Below, one piece after another: positions 8,178 through 17,309 of a stretch of 64,000 nucleotides of DNA; the first letter of the stretch is position 1; each line of letters starts with the position of its first letter. Under the pieces are notes generated by a model. It was not told the origin of the DNA. It searched no databases and saw nothing but the letters and a program-made list of their open reading frames with translations. Made by a program: the position numbers and the translations under genes. Source of the stretch: Deltaproteobacteria bacterium (GTDB taxonomy: Bacteria > Myxococcota_A > UBA9042 > DTJE01); contig JAKPTZ010000115.1 in NCBI GenBank assembly GCA_029555025.1, forward strand, positions 24,898 to 88,897, given 5' to 3'.

Positions 8178-10610
8178 TCAGGTCGTTTTCCGCTTTCCGG
8201 CCTTTCCAGGTCGGTCCCGTTCGGGCTTTTCCTTCTCGCTCATCGCCTTGACCGCAGCGTCGGTCGCGGCGAAAACCGAACCTTTTTCCCAGGTTCCGTC
8301 TTCCTGCCTGGTTCCGGCCGGCAAGCCGGTCATGATTTCGACCACTTCCTCGATGCGGCGAGCCGCCCAGATGTTGAAGCGTCGTTTCCTGACGGCCTCC
8401 TCGACCTCCGGTTCCAGAACCAGGTTGCGCTGGTTCGCGGCAGGAATGATCACACCCTGGCGTCCGGTCAGTCCGCGTTCACTGCAAATCTTGAAAAAGC
8501 CCTCGATCTTCTCGTTGACGCCACCGACCGCCTGCACGTCTCCGGTCTGGTTCAGGCTTCCGGTGACGGCGACGTCCTGCCTCAGCGGAATCCGGGAAAG
8601 CGAGGACAGAACCGCGCAGAATTCCGCGCATGAAGCCGAGTCCCCGTCGATGCGTCCGTACGACTGTTCGACCGTCAGGCTGACCGTGATGCCGGGAACG
8701 CGATTCTTTGCGAACATGTCGCCCAGAAGGCCGGAAATGATGAGGACGGCCTTGTTGAAGGTGTTTCCGGAAAGCCTTGCCTCGCGTTCGACGTTGATGA
8801 TTCCGGCGGAACCCCGGAATGATTTGGCGGTGATCCTCAGAGGCATCCCGAAAGTCTGGTCGGCCATCTGATAAACGGCAAGTCCGTTGATGACGCCGGG
8901 AATCGCGCCCTCGGAATCGATGATGACGGTTCCGTTCAGGACCATCTCGACGCCCTTGTCCCAGGAGAGCGAAACGCGATCCTTGCGCTGGCGGCGCGCG
9001 GCGATGATGTGCCTGGCGTCGATGATTGCCGATCCTTCCTGGCGTGCCAGGTGATCCGCCTCGATCAGCAGGTTCAGAACCAGATTGAACTGAAGCGTGA
9101 GTCTGTCGGACGCGTCGGCCATCCGCATGGAGTATTCGATCACGTCCGCGACGCCGGCCGACGAAACGGGAAGCAGTCCGTCACGTTCACTGGTCGTGGC
9201 TATGAACCTTGCATATTCCTGGAGCATGTCGTCGGAAACGGCGACTTCCGAGTCGAACTCCGCCTTGATCTGGAAGGCTTTTCCAAATTCCTCGTCTGCC
9301 TCGTGCAGAAGCTGGTACAGGAAATTGCTGCCTACCAGGATTACCTTGCAGGACATCGGGATCGGATTCGGCCGGATGGTCGTGGTAGGCAGGAACTGGT
9401 AGGCCTCGCCCATCTCGGCAATCTCCAGCAGCCTTTGACGCAGCACGGTCTTCAAGGCCTCCCACGCAAACGGATACGACACCAGTTCCCGGGTATGCAG
9501 AATCAGGAATCCGCCGTTTGCCCGAAGCAGAGAGCCAGCCTTGATCATCGTGAAATCGGTTGAATAGATGCCGTTTTCAACGCGCTTCTCGATGCGCCCG
9601 ACAAGGTTGTGGTAAGTCGGGGTGTTTTCGAAGACGACCGGCGCGCCCCTGACTTCGGAGTTGTCCACCAGCAGGTTGACCTTGTATTCGGTCATTGCCG
9701 CTTCGATGAGTTGTTTGGTCATGCCGTCGTCGGAGTCCTCGGCCAGGAATCGCGGGATGTTTTCAAGAATGCTGGCCCTGACCGCCTCCAGGTGGGCTAT
9801 CACTTCCGGACAAGATGAGTATTCGGCCAGCAGGGCCTTCATCGACTCATCCATCGTTTCGGCACACAGGCGGTTGTTGGCCACCTGAACCTTCGCATGG
9901 ACAATCTGCTCCGCTTCCTTGTTCTTTTCGAAAAACGCCGCGATTGCAGGCTCGATTGCCCTGCGGTTTTCATCGATGGTCTTCTTCTGGGCGTCCGAAA
10001 GCTTCGCGTATTCCTTGTTGCTGATGGCCTCGCCGTCAACCACGGGTATGGTGACCAGGCCTTCCTTTGTCTGCTTCACCTGGAAGTTGTTCCTGCCTGC
10101 CACCTCGTCCAGCCGTTCGAAGGCCTCGTTTTCGATGGCCAGTCCCTCGTTCAGGATTTCCTGAAGCGTTTCCTGGTGTTTCTGGGTGTGAAAGGCCCTG
10201 GGCAGGTTCTTCTTCAGCGAAGAAATGAACTCGTCCATCTGACCGCGGAACTGAAGCCCCTTGCCTGCCGGCAGGCTGAAAACCCTTGGGGTTTCGGGGT
10301 GCTTGAAGTTATTGACCATGCACCAGTCGGGGGGCGTGGGCATCTGCCTGGATGCCTCATCGACAAGTCTTTTGAGAAGGCTCGACTTGCCGGTTCCGGA
10401 GGCACCTGAAACGTAGATGTTGAAGTTTCGCTTCTGGATCGAAAGGCCGAGTTCGAGAGCTTTCTGGGCCCGGGCCTGCTCAACGACCCCGACAAGCTTC
10501 TCGACGTGCCTTGTGCTCCGGAACTTGAATATGGAAGGGTTGATGTGGCGATGTACCTGCTTCCAGCCCAGGCGGCAGTCTTTTTCAGCGGACGGTTTTT
10601 TCGCGGCCAT
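8178..10610 (-). CDS. Lon-like ATP-dependent protease (AAA+ ATPase plus S16 peptidase domain; BrxL/LonC/YcbZ-like)
   Basis: 810 aa. The N-terminal Walker A is VSGASGTGKSS. The C-terminal S16 domain carries a catalytic Ser motif (GDSASCAEF) and a Lys (NEKIEGFF). The long AAA region resembles stand-alone Lon-like proteases. Confidence 0.75.
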   Translation of the reverse strand: MAAKKPSAEKDCRLGWKQVHRHINPSIFKFRSTRHVEKLVGVVEQARAQKALELGLSIQKRNFNIYVSGASGTGKSSLLKRLVDEASRQMPTPPDWCMVNNFKHPETPRVFSLPAGKGLQFRGQMDEFISSLKKNLPRAFHTQKHQETLQEILNEGLAIENEAFERLDEVAGRNNFQVKQTKEGLVTIPVVDGEAISNKEYAKLSDAQKKTIDENRRAIEPAIAAFFEKNKEAEQIVHAKVQVANNRLCAETMDESMKALLAEYSSCPEVIAHLEAVRASILENIPRFLAEDSDDGMTKQLIEAAMTEYKVNLLVDNSEVRGAPVVFENTPTYHNLVGRIEKRVENGIYSTDFTMIKAGSLLRANGGFLILHTRELVSYPFAWEALKTVLRQRLLEIAEMGEAYQFLPTTTIRPNPIPMSCKVILVGSNFLYQLLHEADEEFGKAFQIKAEFDSEVAVSDDMLQEYARFIATTSERDGLLPVSSAGVADVIEYSMRMADASDRLTLQFNLVLNLLIEADHLARQEGSAIIDARHIIAARRQRKDRVSLSWDKGVEMVLNGTVIIDSEGAIPGVINGLAVYQMADQTFGMPLRITAKSFRGSAGIINVEREARLSGNTFNKAVLIISGLLGDMFAKNRVPGITVSLTVEQSYGRIDGDSASCAEFCAVLSSLSRIPLRQDVAVTGSLNQTGDVQAVGGVNEKIEGFFKICSERGLTGRQGVIIPAANQRNLVLEPEVEEAVRKRRFNIWAARRIEEVVEIMTGLPAGTRQEDGTWEKGSVFAATDAAVKAMSEKEKPERDRPGKAGKRKTT

Positions 10611-10692
10611 CGTCTGGCTCCAGAACGGTTTCGCGAAAGCCTATCACGATTGACGGAAAGCGGGGGACTCTCAAAGTTTGCCTTCCGGGGGA

Positions 10693-12318
10693 TCACCTTG
10701 CGGAGCCCTGACGGAGTTCAGGTGGAAGGTATCGCGAAAAGGCCCCGGCACCGGAGTTGGAACCGAAGCTTGCCCCCGATTCCAGCCCGCTTCCGGCGGT
10801 GGCCTTGACAGCGACCCCGCCGCGGGAGGCGTCGGTGACCGTCCAGTTCCTGCCGCCGATGATGACGTCGGCACCGGCGGCCGTCCTGGCCGACACCATG
10901 CCGACGGTGCGCCCTGTCCCCGCATCCACGACTTTGATCGAGGCGGAGTCGGCGATATTGGAGTGTATGCGTCCCCGTTCGCCCATGTCCATCAATCTTG
11001 ACGAGGCCCGAAGCACTTCGCCGGCGCTTTCGTCCAGGAAGCCTTCGGTACGCAGGTGATCGACGATCGCGTCGATGACCGGGCCAGGTGCGACGGGGTC
11101 AAGGATTCTTCGGATCGTGGCGCGTCGAAGTCCCTTTCTGTTTTCAAACAGAAGGGAAAATATCTGCTGAACCGCGACCGACAGGTCTGGCAGCCTTTCT
11201 GACTGCGGGAATGCCTGTTCGACGACGTCATTCATCAGCATCGCGAATCTTCCTTCATCCCCCGGTCCGTCCGGAACGAATATGGCCCTCATGCCGTCGC
11301 GCCGCCTGCAACCGCGGCCGACCCTCTGCTGGAGCGATGCGACCGTTTCGGGCGCTCCGAACAGAACGACTGCATCGACGTCACCGATATCGACCCCGAG
11401 TTCCATGGTGGATGTCGAGACCAGGATGCCTGCCTCGAAGTACCTGAAAGCCTTTTCAACGTCCTCGCGTTCCCGGCGGGCGAGGCTGGCGTGGTGCACC
11501 ATGACTCTCTCGGCCGGCCACGGGCCCGTCCTGAGCACCAGGGCCGCGGTTTCCTCGGTCTTCTTCCTGGTGTTGCAGAATATTATGGCCTTCGTGAGCC
11601 GTTCCGAACGCAGAAGCGCGAGTGCGGACGGGATGTCGGGGGACACCGTGGCATCCAGAGGCCTTCTTCTGTCATCCCGAACGACCTCGGGCCTTTCACC
11701 GAAAAGTCGCGTTCCCAGGCCGGCGGGATCCCCGACGGTCGCCGTTACGGCAATCAGCCGGGGCCTGGCCGCCGACCGTTTCATCTGAATCCGTCGAATC
11801 AGTATCCGCAACTGGTCGCCGCGCGCGGTACCGTCCATCAGGTGCGCCTCGTCGATGACGATCGCGTGAAGGTTGTCGAAAGCCGCCGGATGGCGGCAAA
11901 GCAGCGAATCGAAAGACTCCGGCGTCGTAATCAGGAGGTCGGTGTGATCCCTTCCAACCGGTGAAGGGCGGTCGCCGGTCCTGACCCGGCTGCTCATCTT
12001 CATTGCCGCGGCCGGCTCGCGAACGCGGTTTTCGATGTCGTTAGCCAGCGCCCTGGTGGGAACGATGTACAGAATGCCAACCTGCGGACGGGGATCTTCA
12101 ATGGCGGCCATTTCCTCGAAAAGCGGGGCGAGCACGGCCTCGGTCTTGCCGGAAGCGGCGGGCGCGACAACGACGGCATCCCGCCCCGAGGCAATGACCG
12201 GAATCGCAAGTTCCTGGATCCCGGTAAGGTTGCCGAAGCGGGCCAGAAATGCCGGAAACGCGCGCGGAAGGGATCTGGCGGCATCCATCCGGCTGAATCT
12301 GTCGATGCCCGGTTTCAA
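10693..12318 (-). CDS. Lhr-like DEAH-box helicase (BrxHI-like)
   Basis: Motif I APAASGKTEAVLAP (Lhr-type GKTEA), DEAH in VIDEAH, helicase C motifs, and a C-terminal extension. The TTG start overlaps the stop of the upstream ATPase. Confidence 0.75.
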   Translation of the reverse strand: MKPGIDRFSRMDAARSLPRAFPAFLARFGNLTGIQELAIPVIASGRDAVVVAPAASGKTEAVLAPLFEEMAAIEDPRPQVGILYIVPTRALANDIENRVREPAAAMKMSSRVRTGDRPSPVGRDHTDLLITTPESFDSLLCRHPAAFDNLHAIVIDEAHLMDGTARGDQLRILIRRIQMKRSAARPRLIAVTATVGDPAGLGTRLFGERPEVVRDDRRRPLDATVSPDIPSALALLRSERLTKAIIFCNTRKKTEETAALVLRTGPWPAERVMVHHASLARREREDVEKAFRYFEAGILVSTSTMELGVDIGDVDAVVLFGAPETVASLQQRVGRGCRRRDGMRAIFVPDGPGDEGRFAMLMNDVVEQAFPQSERLPDLSVAVQQIFSLLFENRKGLRRATIRRILDPVAPGPVIDAIVDHLRTEGFLDESAGEVLRASSRLMDMGERGRIHSNIADSASIKVVDAGTGRTVGMVSARTAAGADVIIGGRNWTVTDASRGGVAVKATAGSGLESGASFGSNSGAGAFSRYLPPELRQGSAR

Positions 12319-13832
12319 ATCGCGTCGCCTTCGCCACCGGAAACGACCATCTGTTCCACGTCGCCATCGGGATAGAAGCGGACGTAGTCGAGGGCTTCGA
12401 TCACGGACTTGATGAACGTTCTGGTCGATTGTATCCGGTCGGCCGTGTACAGCAGCCTGAACAGCCTGTCCTGGCGCTTCTTCTCCAGTTTCACGCCGTA
12501 CGTGGTGTCATAAGTGCGGCATATCCTGCGGAAAAGCTCGCGAAGCTGATCCATTGAAAGGACATCGACCTGGACCCTTGTAATCGTTTCCCTGGTCCGG
12601 CTGAATTCATCCTGGAGCGTGCCCGGAGTAAGCGCGAACGCGACCTTCAGGGCACCGGGAATTCCGGTGGTGTATCTGACGGGGTGATGTGCCGAGTATA
12701 TCAGGCCGGATACCGCGCCCTGGATTGTTTCGGCTCGAATGAGTTCCTCGTCCATGAGTACGTCGTCATCGTTGGCTGTAAGGACAAGCCCGCGGAAGAA
12801 GTTCATTCCGCGCTGGGCCTGGTATCGGTACATTACGCTTCCGGCCACTTCCGCCTCGTCCAGAAGAACCAGCAGGCCCATCATTCCAAGGACTTCCGAT
12901 GCTGCCCTGGCAGTTGCCGAAAGTATGTTGCAGTAGATGTTGGCACAGGTCGAGTAATCGTAAAGCGTCTTCTTGCGCCCGATCCGGCCTTCCCCGCGGG
13001 CTTCGATGAAGTCCCATTCTTCCTCGGTAAGTCCTGGCCTTTCGTGCGGCTCCTCCTCCTGGAGCCGCTCCAGGACGCTTGCAAAAAGCCAGTGGTCGCC
13101 AAGGACATCCCGCCAGCCCGGCCGGGACGCCACTTCACGCCAGAATCCACGGAAGTTCAACACCCGGTCATCAACGACGGCCTTGAATCCGGTGACCAGA
13201 TGCCGGTAAGCCTTCTTGGGAAAAGCTGCCGATGCCTCGGATGGATCGAAACCCGCCATGGCGACCGCGTAGCCCAGTTGCTCCGCTTCGCCCGCCAGGA
13301 ATCGCAGCAGGTGGCTCTTGCCCGCGCCGTAGGCCCCTTCCACCAGGGCTGCGCCCTCGGCATGGTCGTGAAGGAATTCCATCAGTTGCCCGACTTCATC
13401 CTTGCGCCCGACCGTCCACTCCCCGATCGATGAAGATGGCACGATCCCAAGCCTGAAGGCCTCTATAGCCATGCTTGCACTGACCGGCCGGTTTTCCGGC
13501 AGCATTCGATACACCGGAGCCCGATGTTTCCTGGCTCCTGCAGGTTCCTCGCTCGCTGGAGCCTGTCCCCCAAGCAGGCGGAGGATTGCGTCAAGGGATG
13601 TGCTGGAGGGTGCCGTCGATCGAACAGCCGGAGCCTCGTCTTCGACGAGCTTCAGCCCTTCACCGGCACGGACAAGTTCCCGCGCCGGGATCCACAGGCT
13701 GTAAACCCCGAAGTTGACACGGAATTCAAATCCGCCAATCCGTGAACCAAGCACCGTGCCGTCGCCATATGTGGCATGCGTCACGGCATCGCCCTTTTCG
13801 AACCTATTCATAGATATCGTCCGGGTCGGCAT
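12315..13832 (-). CDS. P-loop ATPase, paralog 2 (BrxD/DUF2791-like candidate)
   Basis: Walker A EGAYGAGKSHLL and Walker B LLVLLDEAE. It is a clear paralog of the upstream ATPase. Its 3' end overlaps the helicase start. Confidence 0.65.
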   Translation of the reverse strand: MPTRTISMNRFEKGDAVTHATYGDGTVLGSRIGGFEFRVNFGVYSLWIPARELVRAGEGLKLVEDEAPAVRSTAPSSTSLDAILRLLGGQAPASEEPAGARKHRAPVYRMLPENRPVSASMAIEAFRLGIVPSSSIGEWTVGRKDEVGQLMEFLHDHAEGAALVEGAYGAGKSHLLRFLAGEAEQLGYAVAMAGFDPSEASAAFPKKAYRHLVTGFKAVVDDRVLNFRGFWREVASRPGWRDVLGDHWLFASVLERLQEEEPHERPGLTEEEWDFIEARGEGRIGRKKTLYDYSTCANIYCNILSATARAASEVLGMMGLLVLLDEAEVAGSVMYRYQAQRGMNFFRGLVLTANDDDVLMDEELIRAETIQGAVSGLIYSAHHPVRYTTGIPGALKVAFALTPGTLQDEFSRTRETITRVQVDVLSMDQLRELFRRICRTYDTTYGVKLEKKRQDRLFRLLYTADRIQSTRTFIKSVIEALDYVRFYPDGDVEQMVVSGGEGDAI

Positions 13833-15093
13833 CTTCGCCGGGCGAAAGCATTCGCGTGGCGAATTCCTCGTCGATCACGGTGTCCGGTTCGAACCGCAGC
13901 GCGTGCATTGCCCGCACGACGGCCTGGACGAACATTCTCTTGTACCCTATGTCGCCAAAGGCGCGTTCGGCGGTCGCATCCGCGAGAACCCTTACCAGAT
14001 TGCGGGTCTGATCGGCCGGCATGCGGAACTGGTAGGCGTTTTCATAGACGCCGCACAGTTTTCTTCCGATGTCGTTCATCAAGGTCTTCGGATCCCTTGC
14101 GATTCGATCAAGCCGGACTTTGACGCCGGTGGGGTTCGTGTAGTCGAATACCGTCTGAATTCTCTGGCGAAGCGCTTCGTAAGCCGGAGATCGGCCCTCG
14201 GTCAGGAACTGCTCGTTTGGAATGGCATAAAAGACCATCGTGTTCGCGAACGAGGAAGCCCCGCACTGATCAACCATCTCGCGCAGGTTGGCCAGCATCA
14301 GTTCCTTCTGCTTGGAAGTCATCGAGCCGGCCTGTTCGGCCTCGTCGAACAGGATGATGATGCCGCCGAAGCGCAGGTTCCGAACCCACGTCACCAGTGA
14401 TCTGATCGTGGCGAACGCCTGGGATCTGTCAATCGGCTGCAGAACCCCTCCAGCCTTGTGCGACAGCCGATCCCAGCCATCGACGGTAAGGTACTGCAGC
14501 ATTGCGTCGAACTGATCCTGGTCATTGCGGGTCAACGCTTCAATGGCAAGTCGGACGGCCTTCCCGAAATTCGGGTTTTCGCAGCCACGAACCGAATCGG
14601 CCGCAATTGCCCTGATGCGATCTTCCAGTTGTTCGCCGGCGATGCCTTCCTCTTCGGCGATGGCGGTCTTCATGTCGTGATAGACCGCCTTGATGAAGGC
14701 GCCGAGCCCGCGCTCCCCGCCGGTCAGGAGTTCATCCGGCGTCAGTGGACGCATCAGGTTGACCGCGATGGACTTGTAAACCATGTCCAGGCGGTGGAAC
14801 GGCGACGATTCCGCCGAAAGCGGGCAGTATGTGACCAGGTAGTCATGACGCCAGGCAAGCTCGCGGACGCTGTACAGGAAGTGTGTCTTGCCGCCGCCAT
14901 ACGTTCCGACGACGACTTTGAACGACGACCCGCCTTCGCGGACGAATGACTTGAGGTAATCGTCCTCGATCACCTTCAGGTACCCGTCAAGGCCCGAGGA
15001 AAAGAACTGGAAACCCCATTCGGGCGGGGTTCCGGACGAACCGACCACTTCGATAATGTGGCGGGCCTGCCTGGCGGTCAGGTTGTCAACCAT
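13804..15093 (-). CDS. P-loop ATPase, paralog 1 (BrxD/DUF2791-like candidate)
   Basis: Walker A VGTYGGGKTHFL and Walker B IIILFDEAE. I chose the start at the internal Met MVDNLTARQ to avoid a 119-nt overlap with the upstream gene. Confidence 0.62.
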   Translation of the reverse strand: MVDNLTARQARHIIEVVGSSGTPPEWGFQFFSSGLDGYLKVIEDDYLKSFVREGGSSFKVVVGTYGGGKTHFLYSVRELAWRHDYLVTYCPLSAESSPFHRLDMVYKSIAVNLMRPLTPDELLTGGERGLGAFIKAVYHDMKTAIAEEEGIAGEQLEDRIRAIAADSVRGCENPNFGKAVRLAIEALTRNDQDQFDAMLQYLTVDGWDRLSHKAGGVLQPIDRSQAFATIRSLVTWVRNLRFGGIIILFDEAEQAGSMTSKQKELMLANLREMVDQCGASSFANTMVFYAIPNEQFLTEGRSPAYEALRQRIQTVFDYTNPTGVKVRLDRIARDPKTLMNDIGRKLCGVYENAYQFRMPADQTRNLVRVLADATAERAFGDIGYKRMFVQAVVRAMHALRFEPDTVIDEEFATRMLSPGEDADPDDIYE

Positions 15094-15124
15094 CTGAAAT
15101 CTCCCGTTCCTGAGTCGTCCAAAC

Positions 15125-15988
15125 TCAGGCAGTAACCTTAACAAACCGGAGCGTTGCGAAGTTAACGCCCTCAAGGATTCCAGGTCTCGGCACCCAGAGG
15201 TGATCCCCGGCATTCCTTGTCTGGGACATCGTCGCCACGTCAAGCCTCAGTTCCATTCCCCGGATGATCCGGTTTCTGAGCCTTGACAGATCCGCCGCGA
15301 ATTCCACCCTTCCGTACGACCTGAAGGTCTCCTTTCGCGGATCAATCAGGAAGGCCGGCTTCTGGCGCATAAAGGCGATTTCCGGGATCAGCGACGTGAC
15401 CGGCACGCGGCCCCCGGACTCGGCACCGGTGCGTATCACGGCCAGCCGGTAAGCCTTTTCAAGTTCGGCAAGGAAAGCCGGCTCGTCGAAAGAATCCGGA
15501 AAGAGCCTGCCGTTCTGTTCCCGGATCTGCGCGCAGATGTCTTCGGGATCCAGAGAAGCCGCCGCCAGCCTGTATTTGCCGGGTCCAAGCCATATGGTGC
15601 ACAGGCCCTTTGAACCGAATGTGAATTCCAGCGAGAAAGGCCCGGCCGTCAGCGTGGGAAGGTTTCCGGACACCTTGAAGTCTTCTTCGTTCAGGCGTTT
15701 TGCGACCGCTCCCGCAAGCAGCGCCTTCTCGCGATCAAGGCGGCTGCGGGATTCCGACAGCGTCGCCGCAATCGCCGCCTTCATTGCCGCGGCGCCCGTT
15801 TCCAGCCCGGCGATGTCCCCGATTGCCCGCAACGCCCTTTCGGCCATGTCGATTGATGATGCCAGGTTCCCCTTGCGGTGTTCCCTGGAGAATTCCTCAA
15901 CCGACTTTCCGGCGTTGGCGGCAGCCTTGATGGCCTTCAGGAACGTCTTGACCTGTTCTTCCATGGGCTTCCCCCGGGGTTGCTTCAT
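15125..15988 (-). CDS. Hypothetical protein, first gene of the ATPase/helicase/Lon module
   Basis: 287-aa ORF with coding-like composition, co-directional and closely spaced with the ATPase genes. I recognise no motif. Confidence 0.5.
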   Translation of the reverse strand: MKQPRGKPMEEQVKTFLKAIKAAANAGKSVEEFSREHRKGNLASSIDMAERALRAIGDIAGLETGAAAMKAAIAATLSESRSRLDREKALLAGAVAKRLNEEDFKVSGNLPTLTAGPFSLEFTFGSKGLCTIWLGPGKYRLAAASLDPEDICAQIREQNGRLFPDSFDEPAFLAELEKAYRLAVIRTGAESGGRVPVTSLIPEIAFMRQKPAFLIDPRKETFRSYGRVEFAADLSRLRNRIIRGMELRLDVATMSQTRNAGDHLWVPRPGILEGVNFATLRFVKVTA

Positions 15989-16074
15989 CCGATCCGGGTC
16001 GCCCCGGCCGCGCAGTATTATAAGGCCAAATCAATTTATGGCGATTGAAAGCGTGTAACCTGTCGGGAACTTCG

Positions 16075-17076
16075 TCAGCGCGCGGCCTCGCGGGACAGGA
16101 GGTCTTTCCATTGATCACCGAAGAGTCCATCCAGCATCCTGCGGAAATCGCCCGGAAGCGGGGCGGTGATATCCATCTGTTGTCCGGTGACGGGGTGGGC
16201 GAAGCGAATGTTCCAGGCATGAAGGGCATGACGCTTGATCATTTCCAGGGCGGCCACCTCGGATTCGGGGCGGCTTCCCCTGCGGGGCCATCCGCGGCCA
16301 TAGACGCGATCGCCGACAATCGGGTGCCCGGCCTCGGACAGGTGAACCCTTATTTGATGTGTTCTTCCGGTCATCGGTTTGGCCGCCACGAGCGCGCACA
16401 GGTTGGCGCGCATAAGCGTCCGGTATCCGGTCACCGCGTCGCGGCCGTCGCGCACGCGCCCGGTGAACTGGCGTCTGTCCCCGGTTCGTCTGCCGAAGGA
16501 TGTCTCGATGAGTCCCTGGTCGTCGATGCCTGGTCCAAGCACCACGGCCAGGTACGTCTTGTTGATTGTGCGCTCGCGGAACATGTCCCCGAGAAGTTCG
16601 TGTGTGTGATTGTCCCTTGCGACGATCATCACGCCCGAAGTGTCCTTGTCCAGCCGGTGTACTATTCCCGGCCTGTCCGGTCCGCCGAAGTTCGAAAATG
16701 TGCGGCCGGACGCCAGGAGCTGGTTCACAAGTGTTCCCGAGCCGTGTCCCGCGCCCGGGTGAACGACCAGTCCGGCCCGCTTGTTGATCACCATCAGGAA
16801 TTCATCCTCGAAAAGGATTTCCAGTTCCGGGCCACCGTGTTCGGGAGCGGGACCGGCATGGTCGGACGGCGGCGGCGGAGTCAGTTCCACCTGCATTCCG
16901 GCTGCAAGCCTGAAGCCTGCCGGTCGTTGCCTTCCGTTGACCAGCGCCGCCCCGTTCTTGATCAATTTCTGGGCGAGCGACCTGGAGATGGCGGGGAATC
17001 TGGCCGCGATGACCATGTCAAGCCTTGCGCCGTTTTCGTGATCCCCCGTTTCAAATCGCAGCAGATCTTCTTTCAT
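16075..17076 (-). CDS. rluD: RluA-family 23S rRNA pseudouridine synthase (RluD-like, S4 domain)
   Basis: S4-like N-terminus and the catalytic motif HRLDKDTSG. Confidence 0.8.
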   Translation of the reverse strand: MKEDLLRFETGDHENGARLDMVIAARFPAISRSLAQKLIKNGAALVNGRQRPAGFRLAAGMQVELTPPPPSDHAGPAPEHGGPELEILFEDEFLMVINKRAGLVVHPGAGHGSGTLVNQLLASGRTFSNFGGPDRPGIVHRLDKDTSGVMIVARDNHTHELLGDMFRERTINKTYLAVVLGPGIDDQGLIETSFGRRTGDRRQFTGRVRDGRDAVTGYRTLMRANLCALVAAKPMTGRTHQIRVHLSEAGHPIVGDRVYGRGWPRRGSRPESEVAALEMIKRHALHAWNIRFAHPVTGQQMDITAPLPGDFRRMLDGLFGDQWKDLLSREAAR

Positions 17077-17309
17077 CGGCCAAATCCGGGTTGTCCATTT
17101 TCGGACAAGTGAAAAAGTACGTCGCGGATTGTAACATGGATCCGTCCGGGCCGGGCCGGACGCCTTCGCGCGCCATGCCGTCAGCCAGAGTGCCGGCCCT
17201 TGTCTGGCGGCGCGTTTCGGGCGATCATGCCGGCTGAAGCGGTCTGAATGTTGTGCGGGGATTGTCTGCCGGGCGTCGCAAGTCGATCGCCGGGCATCGG
17301 AGATTCCAG

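Noticed and set aside
9009-10409. Several plus-strand ORFs antisense to the Lon-like protease
   Set aside because: Antisense artefacts within a well-supported CDS.
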